A stretch of 18,288 nt of DNA from Octopus sinensis (lineage: Eukaryota): positions 1-18,288 of the forward strand of contig NW_021824553.1 of the NCBI RefSeq assembly GCF_006345805.1. Direction: 5' to 3'. Below, piece after piece: positions 9,509 through 18,288 of the stretch (position 1 is the stretch's first letter; each line of letters starts with the position of its first letter). The notes below the pieces were generated by a model. The model ran no database searches, was not told the DNA's origin, and worked only from the letters and a program-made list of their open reading frames with translations. The position numbers were made by a program, and so were the translations under genes.

Positions 9509-9621
9509 GAGTTAAAGAAAGCTAGGGTAATATATAGAAAGCGAGAGAGAGAGAGAGAGAGACCAACAAGAGAAGACAGCAAGACAGGGGAAAGAGAAAT
9601 ACAGAGAAAGAGGTAACGAGA

Positions 9622-9709
<88 letters not shown>

Positions 9710-9850
9710 CAAAGGGTGGTAGTAGAAGAAGAAGGAGAAGAAGAAGAAGAAGAAGAAGAAGAAGAAGAAGAAGAAGAAGAAGAAGAAGAAGGAGGAGAAG
9801 GAGAAGAAGAAGAAGAAGAAGATAGGTAGTTAGGCAGGTAGATAGGTAGG
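9450..9850. repeat. Purine-rich compound microsatellite: (GAAA)n, (GA)n, (GATA)n, (GAA)n
   Basis: Directly visible. Confidence 0.95.
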
Positions 9851-10190
9851 TACTAAGAGTGAGACACAGAGAGAGGTGCTCAACTAATCAGGTATACTGT
9901 GGCCAGGAATATCTATGGACGATAAAGTGAACTGTGAGCATACAATAGATACATAGGTATATCTACATATATACATATATATACATATAAATATATTATT
10001 TACATATATATATATATAAAGAGGGGGAGAGAGAGAGAGAGAGAGAGAGGAGAGTCAGAAAGTGAGAAAGGAAGAGAAGATTGTGCTTGCTCCTCTTCCT
10101 GTGTAATATTATATTCAACTATATATACGAATATATACATCATCTGTATATTATTTACAAATATATTATATTATATATAATTCTGCCAGA

Positions 10191-10236
10191 ATGAAGGTGA
10201 TCAGCCTGTTTGCATTCTACATGCTTATGTCGCAAG
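10191..10236 (+). CDS. Probable first coding exon of a secreted or membrane protein (MKVISLFAFYMLMSQ, phase-1 intron); exon starts at 10190
   Basis: Acceptor ttctgccAG|a (AG 10188-10189), ATG at 10191, an open hydrophobic frame with an N-terminal Lys, and a consensus donor CAAG|GTGAGT (GT 10237-10238). It is a non-repetitive island within AT-rich DNA. Protein identity not recognised. Confidence 0.6.
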
Positions 10237-10579
10237 GTGAGTCAGTATTTCTATATATTTTTTTAATGTTTTTTTTCTGTGTTTTTCTGAGAGCATTACT
10301 TGTCTGTGTACTATGCATTGATTGCTATTGTTGTCGTTGTTAATGCTAACGCTGTTGTTGCTGTTCTTGTTGTGGTAGCTGTTATCGCTTGTTATTGTTT
10401 TGAAATTCGTACAAGATTCATCGATGACCGTCAAGCATTGCCGTCGTCATTATAGGACATCGACGCTGACGTCGCCGTCGTTGACACACAGTCGCTAATA
10501 ATCATCTTCATAACCTACAACACCAGCAACAGCAACATCAATATTACCCTTGTTATTAAGATGCATATTTGCAAATAAA

Positions 10580-10581
10580 TG

Positions 10582-10652
<71 letters not shown>

Positions 10653-10842
10653 CCCCCAATTACCTTCTCTCCTAAGACTATATACAGATATGTGTATATA
10701 TGCACATACATGTATATGGGCTATATATATATGTGTGTGTGTGTGTGCATATGTATATGTACATATGTATGTGTATGCGTGTATAGTGTGCATGTGTATA
10801 TATGTGCATATGTATGTATGCGCGTGTATTTATGTGTGTATA

Positions 10843-10881
<39 letters not shown>

Positions 10882-10975
10882 GTGTATGTGGGTGTGTATA
10901 TGTGTATATATATGTATATGTATATATATATATATGTGTGTATGTATATATATATATATATAGATATATGCATGC
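10580..10975. repeat. Compound (TA)n/(TG)n microsatellite
   Basis: Directly visible. Confidence 0.95.
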
Positions 10976-11080
10976 ATGCATTCAAATATATCTTTTGGGG
11001 CACTGCCTTGAAGTTTTTTGGGGGTTTTTTTTACATTATTATATTTTAATATTATTATCGAATAGATCGATCGCAATACT

Positions 11081-11223
11081 TATTATTTTAAGCCTAGTAC
11101 TTATTCTATCAGTTCCCTTTTGCCGAACCGCTAAGTTGCGGGGGTCGTGAACACGCCAACACCATTTTCAGGCAGTGGCGGGCAACAAACACAGAGACAC
11201 ACACATACACATATACATAGATT

Positions 11224-11305
<82 letters not shown>

Positions 11306-11508
11306 ATATATATTATATACATACATACATATATATATAATATATATATATATAGAGAGAGAGAGAAGGTGGGGACTTCTTGCAGTTTCCGTCTATCAGT
11401 TGCACTCACAAGGTTTTGGTCGGCCCAAGGCTACAGTAGAAGACACTTGCCCAAGGTGCCACGCAGTGGAAACGAATCAGGAACCATGTGGTTTAGAAGC
11501 AAACATTC
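11081..11508 (-). mobile_element. SINE family A copy with an expanded internal microsatellite and truncated 3' tail
   Basis: 11081-11190 (agcctagtacttattctatc...gccgaaccgctaag) and 11370-11508 (cagtttccgtcta...gacacttgcccaaggtgccacgcagtgg...aaccatgtggtt) are reverse-complement matches to 15846-16245, separated by ~175 bp of (CA)/(TA)/(GA). Confidence 0.85.
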
Positions 11509-11599
11509 TATGTATTGCATGTATTTATATATATGTGTTTCCTTGCATACAGTAGCATCGTCAACAATATCTTTATTATTAAGATGCATAATAGTGTAA

Positions 11600-11841
11600 A
11601 GACGTATGCATGTGTATGTGTGCATATATGTATATATATATTTCTATATGCATATATGTAAGTATATGTATGTGTGTGTGTGTGTGTGCGCGTACGTATT
11701 TATTGCATGTAAATACATGTATGTACGCATATATATGAGGGTGTGTGGCTTTAAACAGACATGTATTCAAATACACGTACGTACACACATTCATACGAGC
11801 ATGCTTGCATACATAGACAAACAGACAGACTGACACGCAAG

Positions 11842-11903
<62 letters not shown>

Positions 11904-11955
11904 TATAGACAGACGGACGGACGGACGGGCGGACGGATGGACAGACGGACAGTCA
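11600..11955. repeat. Compound (TA/TG)n, (GATA)n and (GACG)n microsatellites
   Basis: Directly visible. Confidence 0.93.
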
Positions 11956-12149
11956 CACAGTTCAATTTTATATCCATTCCAGTTCAATGTTCTGCTGAGG
12001 TCAATGGTTGCTCTTTAAATTTGTGTTGATTGATTTGGATCAATAAACTCGCTTCATCCACCATAAAATTATTTATATCTAGGATCAAATTACACATATT
12101 AAATAGTCATGTATTCCCCTCCTGTACTATTTCATCCTACGTCGTCGCT

Positions 12150-12538
12150 CAAAATGCTAGAAATAGTAACCAAATCCCTCGCCCAAATCACGCCTCACTG
12201 TCTTAATATAAAGATAGATAGAATAATGTAGGCTTAAATAGAGGTCCTGCCCAGAATTAATTTGATAATAGAGCTCCCCAAACAGAGGTGACCTTGGGTT
12301 AACAACAGCAATATTGGGTCAGTGAGAGAGCCTCTGCTTCGACGGGATCATTCAATCTATTAAAAATAGCATCCAAGTACCCCTCAGATCATGTTCTACT
12401 GTCTTGGTGAAGGGATGAGGCATTGGATCGCGTAGTTCTAGACACACTATATTGAAGAGTAGTGCGGGATGGTCTCGGCTGGAACTTCTTTTTTCATGAG
12501 ACTGTTTGATCTCAAGCTAACCTTGGGCTAAACAATAA
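12150..12538 (+). repeat. Two tandem diverged copies of interspersed repeat family D
   Basis: Both show the ...aaatag(t/c)a..caa..ccc...atca.. core and end in gacc/aaccttggg(t/c)taa(a)caa(c/t)a (about 12290-12309 and 12517-12538). Confidence 0.65.
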
Positions 12539-12619
12539 TCATTGCAACAAAAATATTATTGATGCGTAACATAATCACGATGCCATAGATTTTAAGAGCT
12601 GTATGTGTATGTGCGTGTG

Positions 12620-12771
12620 TGATCGATTAAATATCGACACCAGTACATGACTGGTACTTAATACATTGATCAATGAAAGATAAAAAATTAAGGGCGACCT
12701 CGGTGGGGTTTGAACCTAAAACCTCGTAATGCATTTCGTTCATCGTTCTACCGATTCTGCCAACCCATCAC
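12620..12771 (-). mobile_element. Degraded tRNA-SINE family C copy
   Basis: gatcgattaaatatcgacaccagt...ggtacttaat...gacctcggtgggg.ttgaac...gattctgccaac matches 16335-16540. Confidence 0.7.
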
Positions 12772-12786
12772 CAGAGGGTACCTCTA

Positions 12787-12895
12787 CATGGTCACTCGAC
12801 TTGCGACGAATAGCAGCTAAATATTTTTTTTAATCACAATTCCCCACCATCCACCACCCACCATCTTAGAAAAGGGACAAGTGGGATAATACGGT
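12787..12895 (+). repeat. Degraded family D copy
   Basis: catggtcactcgacttgcgacgaatagcagctaaat...taatcaca...catcttagaaaagggac. Confidence 0.5.
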
Positions 12896-13164
12896 CCGAG
12901 GTTCATTCCCTGCGCACAAGGGAAGAGGGAAGACGAGCGGTCACACCTGTAATGTTTTTGATCATCGATCTGTTTGACCAGGGGTATCTTGGAACTCAAT
13001 AACCATTATCAATAACAACAACAAATTCTTATAATATCAGCGGTGCGTCGAAAAAGTGCATTGCAGTTCTAAAGTTTCAAATTCTACCCAGCCCTCGACG
13101 CTATGAGGACGATAAGAATATATACTAGGAGCGATACAAATATGTTGTCACAGATTTCGGTCCT

Positions 13165-13352
13165 TGATACAAGTTTCTGGACAGCTCGACGCGTTGTGTT
13201 CATTTCATGTTGTTTTCTAGTTCACTCAACTGGTAAAAAAATGAGTAACCCTGCGACGGACTTGTGTCCCGTCCAGGTGGGAAATATTACGCCATGGAAA
13301 CCGGGCAACCGGCCCTTCTGAGTCGGTACGACTCGAGAAGGTAACTTCTTTA
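13165..13352 (+). mobile_element. Degraded SINE family B copy
   Basis: gcgttgtgtt...cactcaactggtaaaaaaatgagtaaccctgcgacggac...cccgtccaggtggg...gaaaccggg.aaccggccctt matches 13439-13690. Confidence 0.8.
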
Positions 13353-13438
13353 ACCTGTTTGTTTTCCTCGAGCTCAACAGCACACAGAACCACATTATCG
13401 AATGCGTCTTTCCTTCCTATGATAGTAGGATGCTATTT

Positions 13439-13799
13439 GTGGAGGCACGTGGCTTAGTGGTTAGGGTGTTGAACTCATGATCGTAAGGTTGTGGTTTCGA
13501 TTTCTGGACCGGGCGATGCGTTGTGTTCTTGAGCAAAACACTTCATTTTCACGTTGCTCCAGTCCACTCAGCTGGCAAAAATGAGTAATCCTGCGACGGA
13601 CCGGTCTCCCGTCCAGGTGGGGATTTCTACGCCACTGAAACCGGGAAACCGGCCCTTATGAGCCTGGCATGGCTTGAGAAGGAACATTTATTTCGCTGCG
13701 ATGGACTAGCGTCCCGTCCAGCTGGGGGGGACACATACGCCATAGAAACCGGGAAACCAGGCCCATGAGCCTGGCTAGACTTGAAAAGGGCGAAAAAAA
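13439..13799 (+). mobile_element. Full-length SINE family B with a duplicated 3' half and A-tail, TSD-flanked
   Basis: tRNA-like head gtggaggcacgtggcttagtggttaggg...ggtttcgatt, body to 13690, second 3' module at 13691-13791, then a poly-A. Exact 12-bp direct repeat aggatgctattt at 13427-13438 and 13800-13811. Confidence 0.92.
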
Positions 13800-13900
13800 A
13801 GGATGCTATTTAAGGGAGTTTGTCTGTTATTTCTGACAGGTATTCATACTGTTGTTCTCGTTATCGTTCTCTTTGTGGTCATTGGTCTTGTTGTTCTTGC

Positions 13901-14100
13901 TGTTGTTTAGCCCTAGGCTAGCACTGAATATACAACCATATTGTCAAAGACGTTCCGACCGTGTCTATTCAATCGTTTATTCAAACTTATTGCATCTAGA
14001 GTAAGGATTTCTTTATCTTATGTGCCCGTCATTTAAAAGAAGGCTGAGTGTGATTCAGAGGAGATTTTAGCTGTTATTTTTAGAAGATTAATTGACTACG
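13901..14100 (-). repeat. Family D copy
   Basis: Starts tgttgtttagccctagg (reverse complement of the family D end) and includes gtgtgattcagaggagattttagctgttattttta. Confidence 0.65.
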
Positions 14101-14457
14101 TTGAAGTTTAATTGCAAAGAGCTTCTTTTATTACTGTGGTCGAATCAGAGGTCCAGTTTCGATCTCTAAGCCAGCGAGTCAACTCTGAGATCCGGTTTCG
14201 ATGTCTGGTTGTATCTGCTTCATTTAATTATGATCGTCACAAACTTTAATTTTCCACCTCATCCTACTACGAGCACAACACGATCTATAAAGCTAGTAGC
14301 GATGTTCACCCATTGATGGATATCTCTGACACCATTTTATGTAAGCAAGTGTGTTGCCGATAACCAAATCATTGATAGAGCCGAAACTGGTAATTGGAAG
14401 GTCCACAGTTCGAATTTGTGTCTTGGTCTGCAATGTTAAGTACTATCACCTAGACGT

Positions 14458-14700
<243 letters not shown>

Positions 14701-14705
14701 ATATT

Positions 14706-15762
14706 CAGGATGCGATGGGTAAATTGTCATTATTTCATATTTTTGATTTCGCGCATGCGCATTGTTTGTTTTTGATTTTGTCGACTACATAGTATAGTAG
14801 GGTCAGTTAGGCACCGTCTGTGAGAAAAACAGCACCATGACGCAATTCACTCTGCCAGAAATTTAGAAATGACATGCTGTACTGCTTGGCATTTGCGCCT
14901 GAAGCTCCAATACGAACATTTCAGAGTGTTTGGGTGTCAATCTGAGGATAGTGCAGAAGATTCGAAAAGAGTTCGAAGAGTCTAATGGTGATTATGAAGG
15001 TACGGCAACTCGGGAAACTCACTCTGATCGTCAATCAGGTCCATCGCCAGGGACATGGGAAAGTCTGAGTTTCTTATCTGGCAGGTAGTGCATGAAGACA
15101 TTCGGTATTCCTCATAGAAGATGAGAAATGGCCAATTTTTATTCCAAGCCATCTAGGACAAATGGAAAGACCGCGCTACGAAGGTTTTGAACAAACTCAA
15201 GCATCCCCTCCAACCGAGCATGCTTTGGTTTTTCTCAGACGAGAAACATTTCTGCAGGATCAGAAGGTGAACACACAGAACAACCGTTGGCTTACCATGT
15301 CCCCAAAGTATGTACCGAGAGTGATAAAAATCAAACATCCAGTCAGCATCATGGTGTTTGGAGTCGTCATAGTGATGGCGACGTTATGCCTCCACTCATC
15401 TTCCCACACAGTCTCAGACTCAACGCGAAGGCCTACATCAAGTGCCTGGAGGAGGTAGTGCTGCCCTGGGTGAAGCGGGTGAGTGCTGGAAAATCCTATG
15501 TCTAGCAACAGGACACTCTGTACCATGACATACAAGCAGGAGACCCCAGTCATGGCTGCCAGACAATTTCCGCGACTAGACCACCCCAAACATCTGGCCT
15601 CCTAACTGCCCAGACTGTAACCCACTTCATTATTATGTGTGGGGCGCAGTTGAGCGAGAGACCAACAAAACTCCCTGTAACACCAAAGATAAACTGAAGG
15701 CAATGATTATGGCAGCATTCACCAACTTAAACAAGGAGACTGACCAGAGGGTTTGCAGGAGA
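14706..15762 (+). mobile_element. Decayed Tc1/mariner DNA transposon, DD37D (maT-like) transposase pseudogene, 3'-truncated
   Basis: Left end caggatgcgatgggtaaattgtc is TIR-like. ATG at 14837 (MTQFTLPEI*...). Motifs seen: LWFFSDEK (D at 15238), NTQNNRW, IMVFGVV.SDGDVMPP, YIKCLEEVVLPW, QQD, WPPNCPDCNPLHYYVWGAVE. Multiple stops and frameshifts; no right TIR found. Confidence 0.93.
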
Positions 15763-15845
15763 TATATAGTTTCAACAGTAACTAGTGGGAGCACTATATT
15801 ACTGGTTGGTTTCTCGTGAACAATGTACTGAATAAAGTTATGATT

Positions 15846-16245
15846 AGCTGTGTGGTTAGTAGCTTGCTTACCAACCACATGGTTACGGGTTCAGTCCCAC
15901 TGCGTGGTACCTTGGGCAAGTGTCTTCTACTATAGCCTCGGGCCGACCAATGCCTTGTGAGTGAATTTGGTAGACGGAAACTGAAAGAAGCCCGTCGTAT
16001 ATATGTATATATATGTATGGATATATGTATGTGTGTGTATATGTTTGTCTGTCTGTGTTTGTACCCCCAACATCGCTTGACAACCGATGCTGGTGTGTTT
16101 ACGTCCCCGTAACTTAGCGGTTCGGCAAAAAAACGATAGAATAAGTACTAGGCTTACAAAGAATAAGTCCCGGGGTCGATTTGCTCGACTAAAGGCGGTG
16201 CTCCAGCATGGCCACAGTCACATGACTGAAACAAGTAAACGAGAG
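15846..16245 (+). mobile_element. Near full-length tRNA-SINE family A (CORE-like)
   Basis: A-box-like agctgtgtgg, B-box-like ggttcagtccc, CORE-like ccttgggcaagtgtctt, and 3' hairpins. Flanked by agttatgatt (15836-15845) and agttatggtt (16246-16255), a probable 10-bp TSD with one mismatch. Confidence 0.92.
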
Positions 16246-16334
16246 AGTTATGGTTGGCACTTTCCAATCATGAGGTAAAAAAAGCTCCTTTTTCTTTCGA
16301 TTGAAAATGTCTCAAAATCCATTAATAAGAATAA

Positions 16335-16540
16335 ACCTTTCTTTTATAGGCACAAGGCCTAAAATTCTGGGTAAGTGGGATAATCGATTTCATCGACCCC
16401 AGTGCGTAAATGGTACTTAATTTATCGACTCTGAAAAAGTGAAAAGCAAAGTCAACCTCGGTGGAATTTGTACTAAAGACGGACGAATTGTCGCTAAGCA
16501 TTTTGTCCGGCGTGCTAACAATTCTGCCAACTCGTCGCCC
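16335..16540 (-). mobile_element. tRNA-SINE family C copy
   Basis: Minus strand starts gggcgacgagttggcagaattgttagc (A-box-like) and continues caaattccaccgaggttgactttgc...taagtacc...ggggtcgatgaaatcgat. Confidence 0.85.
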
Positions 16541-16547
16541 TTAATAA

Positions 16548-16760
16548 TTCTTTCAAATTATGGCAGAAGACCAGCAATTTTAGGGTTAGGGATAAGTCGA
16601 TTACATCAATTCCAGTGCTCAACAGCTGCGTATTTACTATACCCCGAAAGTATGAGTGACAAAACTGACCTCGGTTGGATTTGAACTCAGAAGTAAAGAG
16701 TCAGAAAAAAATTCTAAGAATTTTATCCGACAGCACTTAGGATTCTGCCGGCTCTTCCCC
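16548..16760 (-). mobile_element. Second adjacent tRNA-SINE family C copy
   Basis: Same motifs as 16335-16540: gtcgattacatc, gacctcggttggatttgaactcag, gattctgcc. Confidence 0.8.
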
Positions 16761-16785
16761 TTCATAATAATAATGATGATGATAA

Positions 16786-17014
16786 GGGACCTTTTGAGCG
16801 GAATGGGTTACTCGATCTGAAGAAAATTCTAACTGGGCTCCACCTGCAAGGTCATGTGCTGTTTATCTTGATATGAGATCACCATGTCGCGCACATATGG
16901 TTGTGATGCATGTGCCTGGTGTACCTTTATCAGACGGGTAGTCATGATGGGTATACTGGGCTTCGTATATTTTACCCCAGTGTCACTTTGATGGCATGCT
17001 CTGCTCGCTCACTC
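16786..17014 (+). mobile_element. 5'-truncated retroelement 3' end with (AAT)n tail, copy 1
   Basis: Aligns with 17242-17486; preceded by (AAT/GAT)n and followed by (AAT)n at 17015-17070. Confidence 0.8.
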
Positions 17015-17070
<56 letters not shown>

Positions 17071-17072
<2 letters not shown>

Positions 17073-17486
17073 GCCCTGATGCATGTCCTTTAGTGACTGA
17101 CGATATGTGCATCTCTGATTATGAGCAGAAGTAGTGGGGGAGCATCATAGCCATGTGTTGAGAGGAATTCTTTGGGGTTTGAATAATTCACCTTTGGAAA
17201 TACGGGTGTTTCGTTCAACATCCTTAAACAACCCTTATTCGGGGACCTTTTGATTGGGATGGGCTACTCGACCAGAAGAATATTCTAACTGGTCGAGTAG
17301 CCCATCCCATCCTTACAGTAAGGTCATGCGCTGTTTATCTTGAAATGGGATCACCATGTCGCGCACATATGGTTATGATGCATGTGCCTGGTGTATCCTT
17401 ATCAGACGGGTAGTCATGATGGGTATACTGGGCTTCGTATATTTTACCCCAGTGTTACTTTGATGGCATGCACTACTCTCTCACTC
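17071..17486 (+). mobile_element. Longer copy 2 of the (AAT)n-associated retroelement 3' end
   Basis: Its last ~245 bp align with copy 1 and both end identically at ...ctcactc. (AAT)n on both sides (17015-17070 and 17487-17560). Confidence 0.8.
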
Positions 17487-17498
17487 AATATTAATATT

Positions 17499-17560
<62 letters not shown>

Positions 17561-17562
<2 letters not shown>

Positions 17563-17659
17563 GTTTCAAATTTTTTCACAAGGGCAGCAATTTTGGAGGA
17601 AGGGGATGAGTCGATTACATCGACCCCAGTGTTCAACTGGTACTTATTTTATCGACCCC
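17561..17659 (-). mobile_element. SINE family C 3' fragment
   Basis: gagtcgattacatcgaccccagtgttcaactggtacttattttatcgacccc matches 16548-16650. Confidence 0.8.
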
Positions 17660-17660
17660 G

Positions 17661-17852
17661 TATATATTCCCAACCTGGATGGGACGCCGGTCCGTCGCAA
17701 TGATTACTCATTTTTGTCAGCTGAGTGGACTGGAGGAACGTGAAATGAAGTGTTTTGCTCAAGAACAGAATGCATTGCCTGGTTCAGGAATCGAAACTAC
17801 AATCTTACGATCATGAGTCCAACACCCTAACCACTAAGCCATGCACCTCCAC
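17661..17852 (-). mobile_element. SINE family B copy, 3'-truncated
   Basis: Reverse complement starts gtggaggtgcatggcttagtggttagggtgttggactcatgatcgtaag and matches 13439-13625. Confidence 0.9.
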
Positions 17853-18004
17853 AGCAACCGAATGGGTAAGGGGAAAATGTAATTGAAAGTACACACTGTG
17901 AATGTAAAGTTGAAATAATGTATCTGGGGTGGGATCATCACTTAGGGCCAAATACATTCAGGGTTCAAGAGGTGTTATGACATTCATGCCTTTCCTAAAA
18001 TTAG

Positions 18005-18037
18005 ACGTGAAAGCCGGAGTGAAAGAAGCTTCAACCG
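18005..18037 (+). CDS. Candidate 33-nt phase 1-1 microexon, (D)VKAGVKEAST(G)
   Basis: Acceptor catgcctttcctaaaattAG| and donor CCG|GTAAGG. The frame is open and compatible with the phase-1 end of the 10190-10236 exon. The acceptor is only moderate. Confidence 0.3.
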
Positions 18038-18059
18038 GTAAGGGAAGCTGCATCGATTT

Positions 18060-18288
18060 CGTCTTCTTCTTCCCCTTCTTCTTTTTCACCTTCCCCTTCT
18101 TCTTTATCTTTTTCTTCTTCTTTGTCCCTTCTTCTTCTTCTTCTTCTTCTTCTTCTTCTTCTTCTTCTTCTTCTTCTTCTTCTTCTTCTCTTCTTCTTCT
18201 TCTTCTTCTTCTTTCTTCTTCTTTCTTCTTCTTCGTCTTCTTCTTTCTTCTTCTCTTCTTTCTTCTCTTCTTCTTCTTCTTTCTTTCT
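18060..18288. repeat. (TTC)n-rich pyrimidine microsatellite
   Basis: Directly visible; runs to the window end. Confidence 0.96.

Noticed and set aside
13439-13520. tRNA-like sequences here and at 1580-1656, 15846-15910, 16460-16540 and 17770-17852
   Set aside because: They have A/B-box-like motifs but no complete cloverleaf, and each continues into a SINE body. They are SINE heads, not tRNA genes.
14270-14346. Possible exon ending at tttat|gtaagc
   Set aside because: Weak acceptor, and the frame required by the phase-1 upstream exon hits TAA after a few codons.
14942-14967. CTGAGGA...CGAAA hammerhead-like core
   Set aside because: It lies inside transposase coding sequence and the required helices are absent.
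16786-17486. Direct repeats considered as a CRISPR array or an LTR pair
   Set aside because: The units are over 200 bp, only two are present, there are no TG...CA ends or internal domain, and the context is eukaryotic.

Overview
Eukaryotic, AT-rich and repeat-dense DNA. Roughly half of the window is simple repeat: (TA)n, (CATA)n, (TG)n, (CAT)n/(CAC)n, (GATA)n, (GAA)n, (AAT)n and (TTC)n. I recognise the tRNA-derived SINE families from memory as those of coleoid cephalopods, most likely Octopus; this is an inference and was not database-checked. Almost all ORFs in the supplied track are microsatellite artefacts. Real content: (1) at least three tRNA-SINE families in many copies, several with clear target-site duplications (TSDs); (2) a 392-bp non-autonomous Helitron; (3) non-LTR retrotransposon remnants, namely an R4/Dong-like restriction-like endonuclease (RLE) 3' end embedded in (CATA)n, an RTE-like triple zinc-finger C-terminus, and two tandem (AAT)n-embedded 3' ends; (4) a decayed DD37D (maT-like) mariner transposase; (5) a probable + strand host-gene exon at 10190-10236 encoding a signal-peptide-like N-terminus (MKVISLFAFYMLMSQ), with a possible frame-compatible 33-nt microexon at 18005-18037. 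The window is therefore probably mostly intronic. The most interesting patterns are element families that each sit in their own microsatellite class, two fold-back/template-switch palindromes, modular and dimeric SINEs moved as single units, and a compound-microsatellite module duplicated in inverted orientation. I see no prokaryotic features and no CRISPR array.
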